Assembly: GCA_015680685.1 (NCBI GenBank)
Contig: MNCI01001594.1
Span: 311,359 to 375,358 of the forward strand
Reading direction: 5' to 3'
Length of the DNA: 64,000 bases
Origin: Gnetum montanum
Lineage: Eukaryota > Plantae > Gnetophyta
A program made the translations under genes and the position numbers. Position 1 is the stretch's first letter. The number at the start of each line of letters is the position of its first letter. Below, piece by piece: positions 49,701 through 59,399 of the stretch. The notes beneath the pieces were generated by a model. That model was not told the origin of the DNA, ran no database searches, and saw only the letters and a list, made by a program, of their open reading frames with translations.

Positions 49701-51142
49701 CTTATAAATTCCTTTTCTTTTTGTACATGCAGTATGGTTTAAAAATTTGGGTTGTGACATCCTATAAGGATACCTGCTTCATTGAGATTTTGCCAAAAGT
49801 TCAGCGGTCACAAAGGGGTACGTTTATTTCTCTATTATGTTTTGCAGTGCTGCATGTTTGTGTGTGCGCTTTTTTAACCTTTTCAGGTTATGGAAGCTGT
49901 TGAACATTATTAGGATCCAATAATGAACTCTTCTTTGATCTATTATTACTTTCATGAATGTACAACATCTTAAGTGAATTTTTGAGGTTTGATATTTTGT
50001 AGTCTCTATATTACCAGGTTAAAATGAGACTATTCATGTAAAACGAAATGCTTAGAAATAGTGGGCAAATTATGATGGCCCCTTCCCAGGGGCATCTAAC
50101 AGCTAGAAACTTGGGAGAACTAGAACTTCAACTATGAGTGTGTTCCCTGTAGTTCACACAGCCATCACAGGTGATGTAAAATGTGCTTCAAGCTGCAACC
50201 TGCAAATTGTTAGATCTTAAGTAAAAGTTACCACAACTTTCATGCTAATTGTATTGCTATTCCAAAATTCTGTTAATTAGATTTTAAATACTGCCACCTG
50301 GGAGGAGTAGATGAGCAGTTTGATTTCAGCCAGAGCTATATTTCTTCTTGTTGATTATGATTATATCAAAAATGGATTTGTAGAGCCAATTTTAAAGGGG
50401 CTTGCAAGACCATAGTTCTTCAAAATCTTACATGGTTGTCCAGGAATTTGTGTTGTATTCTGTCATGTTCTTAACCTGAACTACTCTTTTGAGTTCATAT
50501 GTTGTCTGTAAATGGTTTATAATTTATATGATGGTTTTTGATGTTTTTTTTTTTTAAATTTCATGTGAACATTGATTTATTCATACGCACATATCCCGTA
50601 TTCAAAATGTTATCGTGGATAGGTTCCATGAAGTGGTTGCCTAATGAAGACGTTATTGTATCTACTCATTTCCTTTAGCTTTCAAATTTAAGCTTTTACT
50701 AATATGGACAAAAATTCGATCCCAATAAGTTTTAAAAGATGTTTTGTTGATTTATGCATATGCTGACATTGAAGCTTGCTGTTGAAATTGTGTTATTGAT
50801 TAATTATGCCCATTTGTATTGCATTCTTTTGGCTTTAGTTCATGTATCGAATTTGCATAGCTGATTACATTCATTTGTGTTTGTAGTGCTTTTCTTAAGT
50901 TTCTGGGCAGAAATTCACTACAACTCTATTTATCCTGCAGGAGGTAAGTTGTACTTGTACCTGAATCGAATTGCAATTACGGTGCTTTTACTGCATTCCT
51001 TCTAGCTCTTTATTACAAAATAGCAGCCAGTTTCCAAGTTCCGTTGATTTTAAATTCTTTTTTTGGTTTATTGTCATAAGTGGCGAGTTGTGAGGAAACA
51101 AAGAAGAAAAAGAGTTGGTGGAAGTTTGCCTCCAGATCATGA
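19422..51142 (+). CDS. OTU9: OTU domain cysteine-protease deubiquitinase, OTU9-like; join(19422..19731,19841..20028,21094..21167,32342..32396,41088..41162,41432..41505,41615..41663,49733..49817,50887..50943,51081..51142), 1029 nt, 342 aa
   Basis: All exons join in frame with AG acceptors and GT donors (one GC). Family motifs: DPDVVRWGLHLL, ENDEIIAYTLQ, SSSCSSP, PIP|HVPR, SDHQRLLDRL, GDGNCQ|FRALSDQFYRTPEH, WGDHVTLQA, TSYKDTCFIEILP, FLSFWAEIHYNSIYP, C-terminal KKKKSWW. The symbol comes from recalled similarity to the Arabidopsis OTU9-12 group; the exact orthologue is not verified. Confidence 0.93.
19841..20028 (+). CDS. OTU9: OTU9-like coding exon 2 (DANNEE...SSSCSSP...MSPIP)
   Basis: Acceptor ttcatag|, donor |gtgaga; phase 1 in, phase 0 out. 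Confidence 0.92.
21094..21167 (+). CDS. OTU9: OTU9-like coding exon 3 (HVPRTNRDRLPEDEEVSDHQRLLDR)
   Basis: Acceptor tgcag|, donor |gtagaa; conserved HVPR and SDHQRLL motifs. Confidence 0.93.
22602..27937 (+). mobile_element. L1 LINE with inverted 5' segment (22602-25073 minus: ORF1 end, APE endonuclease, RT to YAD; 25075-27937 plus: ADD onward, zf-RVT, RNase H-like, 3' extension)
   Basis: Minus: CxxYxxxxHxxxxC, VGDFN, FTWSN, KAPRPNG, FRPIRVCN, LKLDITKAF, RGLRVEDPRSPFLF, HYAD. Plus: ADDPIF, YLGMPI, HLVCWDTVTRPKELGGLGV, KIKVFLWL. TSD TTTTAA(G)CCTCTTAT at 22588-22601 and 27938-27952, after a short A tail. Confidence 0.9.
28062..29070 (-). mobile_element. Degraded retroelement remnant (ORF1-like, Pro/Ser/Thr-rich)
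   Basis: Broken low-complexity minus-strand frames with composition like 47800-49100; no diagnostic motif. Confidence 0.3.
29505..29660 (+). mobile_element. tRNA-derived SINE family B copy
   Basis: TGGCCCAAGTGGTTAGCTC (A box) ... ATTTGAGTC (B box); homologous to 53605-53780. Confidence 0.7.
30555..30640 (-). mobile_element. RTE-clade LINE 3' terminal fragment
   Basis: Reverse complement reads CATGTAGCTGACCCCATTTTGTTCGACAAGGCTAGAATGATGATGATG, resembling the plant RTE 3' stem-loop plus (ATG)n tail. Confidence 0.7.
30655..30900 (-). mobile_element. tRNA-derived SINE family C copy
   Basis: Head TAGTTTACTTGGTTAGAG...ATTTGACTC; tail GGGATAAAGGCACCAAGATAATGAAG shared with ~43940-44025 and ~53150-53255. 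Confidence 0.6.
32342..32396 (+). CDS. OTU9: OTU9-like coding exon 4 (LKLYRLSENQMIGDGNCQ; catalytic Asp/Cys)
   Basis: Acceptor ctctcag|, donor |gttagt; GDGNC motif. Confidence 0.93.
33220..33310 (-). mobile_element. tRNA-derived SINE family A head
   Basis: Closely matches 11555-11635. Confidence 0.7.
33927..37826 (+). mobile_element. Ty1/copia LTR retrotransposon, 3'-truncated (5' LTR ~33927-34245, PBS 34248-34259, gag-pol from 34298)
   Basis: LTR ending CA, then TGGTATCGGAGC (tRNA-iMet PBS); domain order gag-PR-IN-RT. Confidence 0.95.
34298..37826 (+). pseudogene. Copia gag-pol pseudogene
   Basis: IPIFNGENYEYW, SQDLWDIVE, decayed zinc knuckle CDFCGTNTDNTHEC, PR WYVDSGCSNHMT, LWHARLGH, IN DLVHMDLCGP/DDFSR/DRGGEF/PQQNGVAERKNRT, RT KARLVAKGY/QLDV/VYVEQPPGF; frameshifts near 34320 and 34715; stops at 35733, 36060 and 36501. 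Confidence 0.93.
37827..39770 (-). mobile_element. 3' part of a Ty3/gypsy-type (Athila/Tat-like) element: extra ORF, PPT (38373-38381), 3' LTR (37827-38372)
   Basis: LTR TGATGAG...CTCATCA preceded on minus by GTGGGGGTA; interrupts the copia RT after GKQD. The lineage is inferred from architecture only because no pol is left. Confidence 0.8.
38565..39764 (-). pseudogene. Extra coiled-coil ORF of the gypsy-type element (400 codons, 3 internal stops, likely 5' truncated)
   Basis: ORFs 39504..39764, 39141..39470 and 38679..39077 share one frame, which continues to TGA at 38565-38567 through NKGKAPMEK; E/Q/K/L/A-rich. Confidence 0.78.
41088..41162 (+). CDS. OTU9: OTU9-like coding exon 5 (FRALSDQFYRTPEHYEFVRSEVVKQ)
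   Basis: Acceptor ttgtag|, non-canonical donor CAG|gcaagt. Confidence 0.92.
41432..41505 (+). CDS. OTU9: OTU9-like coding exon 6 (LRESPEMYREYVTMEYDEYLNKVAE)
   Basis: Acceptor ttttcag|, donor |gtactt; YxxYVxMxYxxYL pattern. Confidence 0.9.
41615..41663 (+). CDS. OTU9: OTU9-like coding exon 7 (NHTWGDHVTLQAFADR)
   Basis: Acceptor atag|, donor |gtaagt; WGDHVTLQA motif. Confidence 0.93.
42850..43870 (-). mobile_element. Decayed L1 ORF2 C-terminal remnant
   Basis: CPVCNIED (zf-RVT-like) near 43110-43135; otherwise degenerate. Confidence 0.35.
44735..47525 (-). mobile_element. L2/Crack-like LINE ORF2 (APE + RT + C-terminal CxxC/HxxxxC), decayed
   Basis: CGDFNA near 47045; VKQGCPLSPTFFEIFID near 45940; KLRLSSHHLRIESGRW...ICKLC...ENELHVFLSC near 44890-45020. 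Confidence 0.8.
47100..47169 (+). repeat. 35-bp tandem duplication (2 copies, 1 mismatch)
   Basis: TAAGAACTGAAAAGGATGATCACA(T/G)GACAACTCTA x2. Confidence 0.92.
47700..49120 (-). mobile_element. Possible ORF1 region of the adjacent L2/Crack-like LINE
   Basis: Lies directly 5' of ORF2 on the same strand; broken Cys/His-containing and Pro-rich frames. Confidence 0.4.
49733..49817 (+). CDS. OTU9: OTU9-like coding exon 8 (YGLKIWVVTSYKDTCFIEILPKVQRSQR)
   Basis: Acceptor tgcag|, donor |gtacgt; TSxKDTCxIEILP motif. Confidence 0.94.
50887..50943 (+). CDS. OTU9: OTU9-like coding exon 9 (VLFLSFWAEIHYNSIYPAG; catalytic His)
   Basis: Acceptor ttgtag|, donor |gtaagt; FWAExHYNSIY motif. Confidence 0.94.
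51081..51142 (+). CDS. OTU9: OTU9-like last coding exon (VASCEETKKKKSWWKFASRS*)
   Basis: Acceptor cataag|, in frame to TGA at 51140-51142; basic-WW C-terminus typical of the group. Confidence 0.85.
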
Positions 51143-52095
51143 ATTACTGGTGCATTTTACATTAACAGTTTTAAGGCTTTGAAATGTGGCTGTCTTCCAA
51201 ATTTGTGGCGATAACAACTGTTTAGGTGGCATAGAATCTTCTGAGGCAGGGTTATGAGCACACGTTAACATAGAACCTTCTGTAGTTTTAACTGTCTAGT
51301 ATATGATGTTGCGGAGCCGTTTATTGAATAAGATAGATACAAATGTTCAAAATGTGTACAGAAAGTAGTGGAGGGTGAAGAAACAGATAAGCAATCATAT
51401 ACCGTTTGTAAATTGGTCTATTCAGAATACCAATTGAAATAATTCAATCTATAATATTCTTTATTTTCTTCCAAAATGTTCGGATGTTATAAATTATTTG
51501 CTTTACCGCAGGAAACATCTCACTGTTTATTGTATCGTTCCTCTCTCTACGGTTTGGTTACTAGCAAGCAATTAGTCCTGGTTTGCTCTTCTCTATTACT
51601 AAGAAAGATTTTGAGAGCAAAAACAATTATGTACGGTATCTTACCTCTATTAAATTTCTATTTCGCGTGCATATTATTTGTTCATGGAGTTGATGACCCC
51701 TTAAAACAATCGTTTAACGGGACCTTGCATATTGGGACCTTAGCCTGGACGCACATCGTTAAAATTGGTTGTTGAAAGTTACGAATTACAACGAACTCTG
51801 ACAAGGTTTCTAGGCACATGCGATGATTTAAGGTTATAATATTTTATTTGCGGTGCCCTTCCGTTAAACATCACCACGACAAAAGCTGTAAAAATTAAGG
51901 AGATTTTCTGTTTAATATTTGTCTAGCACACATTAGGATAAACAAAAGTCCTTTGTACTTTTTCGCATGTAGGAATTCTTTAAATTTGTAATTTAAAATG
52001 CATGACTTAAAAGTAACTTTGGAAGTAATTTCCGGTGCTTTTATTTTAACATGGTTAGTCATATATTAATGCATCCTTTTAAAGTTTAGGTAACA

Positions 52096-52465
52096 TGTGA
52101 GAGAGGTAGCAGGGTTGGTGGTGGTGGCTTGCTACCTCCCCCACGGTTTGGGGGCCATGGGGGCACAAGGGGTTGTCTGCTCCTTGTGTCTTCGGAACCA
52201 TACTGGCATGGTAGTTCCATGCATTGGTAAGAGGAGGTTACGACCTACCTCATTACCCCACTCGGTAGGACCTTGCCTGTGAGGGTTGTGTAGTTCAACT
52301 TTACGTTGGGGTGTTTTTACCGGGTGTGTCATGGGACGTGCTATGGGATGTTGCGTGTGCTTCTTGGAGCACGACACCAACTACTAGCACACGGTGATGA
52401 ATCTGGAGGATTCAGCTGGTAGTCCCTGTGGTGTCCGCATAAGTGGAGCAAGGGAGTGCTATCTA
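52096..52465 (+). other. GC-rich multi-hairpin element of unknown class (structured-RNA candidate or retroelement leader)
   Basis: At least seven consecutive stem-loops with G-U pairs on the + strand; sharp composition boundaries; short homologue on minus at ~5070-5130. Confidence 0.5.
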
Positions 52466-52704
52466 GCTTGTTAGTGTATCGCGAATATTGAATATGAAAC
52501 ATCGCTCAGGAGACATGCTTACATTAACACATTGTTTGTTGGCATGTGTTTCAGGTTTTGTTGATTGCTGAGGCGTATTTCTCTTGAGTTTCGACCCGAA
52601 TTCAGAATCTGCTTGGGAAACTCTTGGGGTGCCGAACAACGTATCCAGGGACAACGTTGTTACATAACATCTATGTCTACCTAAGTTAGTCTTTAAACGA
52701 ATTA

Positions 52705-52812
52705 ACAATGAAGTGTTAGCCTAGTGTTAAGACTCTTGATTTAGAAATGCTTAGTTATGGGTTTAATTTTGGTGGACAATGTTGAGCTATAAAGATCTGT
52801 GTGGACTATATC
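52705..52812 (+). mobile_element. tRNA-derived SINE family A variant
   Basis: ACAATGAAGTGTTAGCCTAGTGTTAAG head; body matches the reverse complement of 7310-7400. Confidence 0.65.
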
Positions 52813-53604
52813 TTCTGACTACGAATGATTTATGAATGCATTTAAAATGTCTTAAGATCATATGTGTTGAAAGATAGCTTTATTGGAATTGATCTTGTGA
52901 ATTGTATAACCTCAAGCACCATGTTGTAATGAAATATGCTTATGTTTCTGTGATGGGGGTTGATTATAAATTTATCAACAATGCAATTCAAAAGCTTGAA
53001 GATGTGGGTCTAACACTATTGGATTTCTTCTTGAAATGGATTGACTATGGTGAGCACCCTATGGGAAATAAACTTTGCTATCTTTTTTTTATAAAAATTT
53101 TATGCTAATGAAATTAAAAAAACATCTTTACTTTGTTGGCTACATTGACAAACTTACTACCTTTATTTATGTTTTATTCATCTTCAATCCTTTGCTCTCG
53201 GTAATGGATGGCCTATCATAGAAGGGATAAAGGCACAAAGATTATGAAGATAATTTTACCCTTATTGAGAATAGGCCAAGGACCTCTTTGAATTTCTTTG
53301 CTACCATAATAACTAGTTTCCTTGCATGCTTTGGCAATTTCTAGTATTGTTTATTGAAATTGAAAGTTGATTATTTTTGTAAAGGTCTTAAGGACAAAAT
53401 ACATTATAAAGAAGTATTTTTGATGTCCATTACCTTAGAAGTCACCTCAAGCTATAAGAGTTACTTTAATGGATGAAATATTAATTATTAGTTGCTTCAT
53501 TAGGCATAATAACTATGTTGTAGTACTCTTTTTAATTTTTTTTTTTGCTTATTCACATGTTACCTTTTATTCATCTCATCATCATTAAAAGCATAGTCAA
53601 GCAA

Positions 53605-53780
53605 TGATAAGTAGCTCAAGTGGTTAGCTCATTGTTTTATTAGGTAAGACATTACAGTTTGAGTCACATGAGACATTGTTATATTTATCTATAATTTTTC
53701 TTATGTATTATGTTTGTTATGTTCCCATAATCATGATGGTGTTGATATGTAATAAATTATGTAATTATTATAATAAGGTC
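53605..53780 (+). mobile_element. tRNA-derived SINE family B copy
   Basis: TAGCTCAAGTGGTTAGCTC...GTTTGAGTC; TAA-rich tail; homologous to 29505-29660. Confidence 0.7.
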
Positions 53781-54739
53781 TGTAATGAAAGGAGGACGTT
53801 GTAATAACAAGCATGTCTCTTTGAAGGTTTAACTTAGGGAATTAGAGGTAAGATTAGCATGTTATTTCAAAGTTGGTAAAAGAAATAGATTGGCCATCCT
53901 TGTTGGTTGGGTGTAGGCCTAATTGTGGTGGTAGTGTTGGATTGCATTTAAGGGATAGATGCTGAAGAAAGATAGCTTCAAGGAACCTTTAGAGCATGAC
54001 TAAGAAACACTTCGTTATTCCATATTTTCCACATTAATAAAGTTTCTTTTCATTTCTTTTTGCAATTTTCCTATCACACTCATTACACAAAATGTTGAAT
54101 GTTACATATATTTGACGTTTGCCATGATATTTGTGAACTACATATCACAAAGTTGGCTATGTTTTGGGGTGGATCTATAGTTTGGGTCTCATTTATACAA
54201 ATAATTATAAGTGGGGGAAGTGCATTAACGAAGGAATAACAAGAGGTTTCAAAGCTCTATATGCTTTTAAAAACAAGTACAAGGATTTATGACTCTGGGC
54301 TTGGAAGGTTAGAAAGCAAAATTTTTAGAATTATCATCTATTCTTCTTTATTATATGGATGTATTTTTTGAGACTTGGATTCAGTGCTAAACTTCAGGAA
54401 GATATTGAAAGAGTGCAAAAACATTTTCTCATTAATGAGCTAACAATGAAGATGCAAACACCTTAATGTTATTATATGAATGTGATTTATTACCTTTAAA
54501 AGCACAAGACTTGTGCCAATTCATTACATACACTCATAGCTTGCATATCTCAAGGCAAGAAAAATTCTTGAAAGTAGTTCTTAAGGATCTAGGAGATCAT
54601 GGTTGGTATTTTTAGGGAATGCAATGGTTGAGAAAATGGAATATCTCTTGAGAGGACATAGTAAAATCCTAAGGATATTTGTCAGCTAGTTAAGTAAAGG
54701 GTTTTAACACAAATGTGGGCTAATGTAGAAGACAATTTT

Positions 54740-55120
54740 TTTTTTTTATTTACATCACATTTGATCTAATAAATTAGATGGAGAAGCTCACTATCTCTTA
54801 GCTACTTTTCCAATCAAGTATTGGAATATTATTAGCATGCTTTGCTTAAGCTCTCATCATCTTAGAATTGAATATGGAAGATGGGTTCAACTCCAAGAAG
54901 AGCACATTTGTAGGTTGTGCAATTTAAGAGCCCTTGAACATGAGTTACATGTGTTTCTCTCCTATGCTATGGCTACCTATTTAAGATAATGTTATAATAT
55001 TACAAAAAAAATAAATAAACTTGTATGATTTTTTTGTTTCCCCATTAGTGCTTGGTTAATTTGTAGAGTCTATCTTTATTTTTCATGAACATGTGATATT
55101 TGTTCAATAAGTCCTATGGA
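54740..55120 (+). mobile_element. L2/Crack-like LINE 3' end
   Basis: Inverted homologue of 44735-45110 (SSHHLRIEYGRW...CRLC...EHELHVFL). Confidence 0.8.
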
Positions 55121-57199
55121 GTGGGTGATTAATTACTGTAGAGCAACTATAGTGACCTCCTTTCATCTATTCAATGAATGATTAATTTGGTGATTTCATG
55201 GTTATCAAAGAAGCTCCAAGTAGCATCAAACATTTTAGATAAAATCCATAAAGCAATTTTGATATAGCAAGCATTAGCTCCTAGTGTAACTTCATAAAAA
55301 GCAGTTAAGAATAAGATAGAAGAAAATGAAATGCATGTGGTGGCTACTATGATGGTTTCTTTCAAACCTAGAAAAAAATCTAAAAGCACTTGGTATGGAA
55401 CTACTAAGCAAGGGCAACAAAGCTATGAGTAAATACATGAAATCAAATATGGAAACAACTAAGAATCAGACAATCATGGAGTAGCTTATGATAACGCTAG
55501 CCTCCTTGGAGATTTAAGCTTTAATGAACCACAATGAATGTTGAAAATTTTGGAACAACTAAGTTGATGTTATTTCAACCAGTTCATATATATATATAAT
55601 ATCAGTTGTTGGTTTCAGGTAGGATCTTTAGCAGATTGACCACTCACTCTAACCTTAGTGACTCGTGAAGGGCAAGTAGCTTGGCATACCTCTTCTCTAC
55701 TAGATTGAGCAAGGAAAGCACTACTAGTAGTTTGAAAACAAATCATTTGTCCAGCTATTTTGGTTAGTGTTGATTTCTTAATGAAAAATTCCATGTTGCA
55801 CTAAGTTACCTTAGGAGTTATGCATATGGTCCAAGAACGCCTTAGGGTGGACACTCATCTAAGCAAGTAGAGTCGATAGTTTAATATTTAGACCATAACA
55901 TTGAGGAGTGAAAAAATGAAATATCTTATTTCTTCTCTTGAACCAATTGTAGTAAACAAGTGCTCTTTGAATTGAGCTAAATAATCTCCTATCACTAAGC
56001 CCACAAATGAACCCAACTTGGACTTTGATTATTTGTCTAATTTCTACCTCTTGTTTACATTTCCAAACCATAAGTCCATAAGTTAAAAGCGTAGCAAGTA
56101 CACCTTTAGTAATCATTCAAGTAACAAGACTAATTAGACATGAAAAAATGTATGAACAAAACATAGCACTAGCATACATACACAACACCATTCCCTCAAG
56201 AGAGCTAAGATGCATTCCTACTCTAACACATCTAGCCCTAAGCCATACTTTGAAGAGAAGGATGGTGATTTGAGCATTAGAGCCAAAGCTATTGTGCAAG
56301 CCTACATGTCCTTATAACACAGTACAAAAAGGAATTAAGGCCATGTAGTTCTTTAGTGTGATGGTTGAGATATCATGGAACTTGTAAGGATCTTCATAAC
56401 CCTTCTAGCCCTTGTTTTGGAAGAAAAGCAACCTTTGGACCATCAACAAGGCACAGTCTCTACACTCTTCCTCACTTAAAAGAAGTGACGTCAAGCTTAA
56501 GTCTTTGTATGTGCACTTTTTCAAACATGAAGAGGAAAGTGAATATCAAGGGTATCAAACAACTCAAAGCCTATATAATACTTATAGACAAGAAGATTCA
56601 ACAGTTAGGGTAATCAACCATAAAGTATGACTGTTGAACTCAACTTGATATCTAATCAAGGTTTAGAGATGCTCGTGCAACCTAGGTTAGGGAAGAAAAG
56701 GTTTTCCCTTCATATGGTACTCAAAATAGCAAATTTTCAATTTGCTAAAAATCATACATGAGTTTCAACCTTACTACATTTGAATTATACATCTATGCTG
56801 AGTGATGCTTGAATATAATTTTGGCATATGGACATGTAGTGTGTTTAATATAGATCTTGTAGGTTTAAAGGGATTTTGATTTGGAGTTTTTATATGTTTC
56901 TTATGAGTATTTTAGCCTTAGAGGTTAGAAAATAAATATTTCAATTTATTATTTATCTTATAGTGTTGTATGGATGTATTGTATGGGAGGGGAAGGGAGG
57001 GGTGGCAGCGAGTTCGTAGTACAAAAAATTGACAAGCTATTGAAAGGGTGAAAAAATATTTTTATTAGATGAATTGAAAGTAAAGGTACAAAGACCTTAT
57101 TATATGTTACTTTTGAAATGTGATTTACATCATTTAGAGGCCAAAGCTCTTGGTCAGTTCATCAGCTATATTTCCAATCTTTTCTTATGTGAATTCCTT

Positions 57200-57270
57200 C
57201 CAGTAGAATTGAACCCATAACTTGGACCTTTTAAATTAAGAGTCTTATCGCTAGACTAACATCTCATTGT
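57200..57270 (-). mobile_element. tRNA-derived SINE family A head
   Basis: Reverse complement begins ACAATGAGATGTTAGTCTAGCGATAAGACTC and contains GGGTTCAATTC. Confidence 0.65.
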
Positions 57271-57380
57271 TTGGTGATTTTTGCAAGGAGGGGGAGGGGG
57301 GTGTGGTTGTGGGGAAGAAGCCATGATGTTGGAAGCCTGAAATAACTATAATATAGGCACATCCCAAGATATATGGTCCA

Positions 57381-58217
57381 TGATGAGTGGTTGAGTATTC
57401 CAATACTCAACCATACAAATCACAAGTATTCATGTGTGATTAGATTGTAATTAGCTAATGAACAATGTAAGTATATAAGTGAGTTGATGTTAGGTTCATG
57501 ATCATTGTCTTCCCACTTAGAGTTAGCAAGGTATAAATCTTATGGTTTAACTCTTAGTGAGGTATATGATAAACTGATGTTGTTTGGCTTTAAGTGTCCT
57601 AAGTGTGAGCATGATGAAAATGATTATAAATTCAAACTCTAAGTACACTAGAAATGTAAATCTACTCTATCCTATGGTGATAAGAATTCGTTCCTCATGT
57701 TTTGTACACATCTTGGGTTGATGTAGATATTGCTAGAATTATTAAGTAACTTCACTATTGAGCAAATCAAGCAAAGTTACTACTGGGTTACTAAATAGTT
57801 ACACTTTATGCTCGAAACTAGTCGTACTTATTCCATCTTACTAATAAGCATTGGAATAGTAGATGACTTAGGAAATGCAAATGGTTTAGTGAAAGTAACA
57901 ATTATGGAAAAGTAAATTTATTCTAAGTGATATGCACCAATGATGAAGAATAATTTCAATCTTTATTTTTGTTCATGAATTGTGTCTAGGAACAACCCAC
58001 TTGAATAAAGATTACCTACAACTATAATTCATCACACTACAGGTATTTAATCTAACTTTAAGAAAACAAATTGCAAGAATTTCAATAATTGTTGGACCTA
58101 CACTTGTTTTTGATGCAATAGTGGGTTGGTATTTATAGGCATGACCATGGCCCACTACATCGTATCTATGATGATGTATGCAGAGCTATGATATCGTAAC
58201 CAATATCCTTCTCATCG
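57381..58217 (-). mobile_element. Decayed solo LTR of the TGATGAG family
   Basis: Begins TGATGAGTGGTTGAGTA...; TATTTATAG near 58130; CGATATCG-type repeats; ends CTCATCG; TSD not recognisable. Confidence 0.75.
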
Positions 58218-59399
58218 GACATAGAGGTATATGTCTTCATTCCTATGCTATGCACATGTATGAATGTTATCTTCATAAGAAAATGGTAGATATTCCATTA
58301 GTAATTTTTAATAGCATGTGACAAATGCCTCTCATGATCCATTTGGCTTCTACTTTCCTAATCTTTGTTTGTAAATTACTTTAGGAAAAGGGATATAAAC
58401 TTGGCATGGTGATGTGTACCCACCTTCAGCCTAAGATTGAAAAAATTATTTTAATAGCCATGATTACATAATATCAAGAAAAGTAGTAAGAATTAACAAA
58501 TGTTCCCAACACCTCTAGAAGCAAACCTATTGATGCAATAGCTTGTCCTTGAAAGAAATGAGGTAGAAACATGTTCTCATATAGGATCTTTAGAATAGAA
58601 TTCAAGAAAAAATGTTGATAGGCTTTGAAGAGAGTTTAAAATATCTAAAGGGAAGAAAATTCTAAAAACAGAAAAAGCATCTTGTAAAGTTTCAAAGAAA
58701 CCAAAAATGTTAGAAGTTTTCTAAGAATAGCTAATGGATAAGCCTTGGTGTGATAAGACTTAAATTTAATATTTACTTTAACTACAAATGTTTTAAATTA
58801 TTCTTTTTTTTTTTGGTATTTTATCAGTTAACCCTTTCTTATTGCAAGATCTATGTTGGATTAGAAAATGGATTGCTGACTTGTTTACTAGACCCACTAA
58901 CTAGACTTTTACTGGAGATAGATGATTAATTTTCTTGGAAATATTCCAAGGGTTGAGTACCCACGGTTATGATCATTTTATGTAATGATTTAAGTATTTT
59001 GTTGAAACTGAATGAAATCAATGGAGGAAGTTATGTTATGGATAGATCCATAACCACCTTTTGGAATAAATCTGTTTAGTTTTGAATAAAAGATAATTGA
59101 ATTTCAATTCATCTTTTATTAACAAATTTCTTCCCTTGATCTCCTAGTAAGGTGTGATTAACTATGACGAGAGTTCTCATGATTTGTTCATCTATATTTT
59201 ACAACATATGTGCAATCGTTCTTACAGTAATATGAAATAGATAAATTATAAGATAGAAATAGGTTATTTTAATATCTTGAGTGAGATATCAATCTATCTA
59301 GAAATAGATAGGTTCATTGTTATTTCATCAGTCACTAGTTTAGCATTTGTTCAAACTTCATATCTTTAAATTCATTATTAGTTACTTAGCATATGTTTG

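Noticed and set aside
52380-52460. Hammerhead or twister ribozyme
   Set aside because: GTGATGA plus hairpin lacks the CUGAUGA/GAAA core; ATAAGTGGAG resembles twister, but the UAA and AAGCCC elements are absent
55130-56800. hAT transposase or gag remnant
   Set aside because: Looks like decayed TE coding sequence, but no diagnostic motif could be read with confidence
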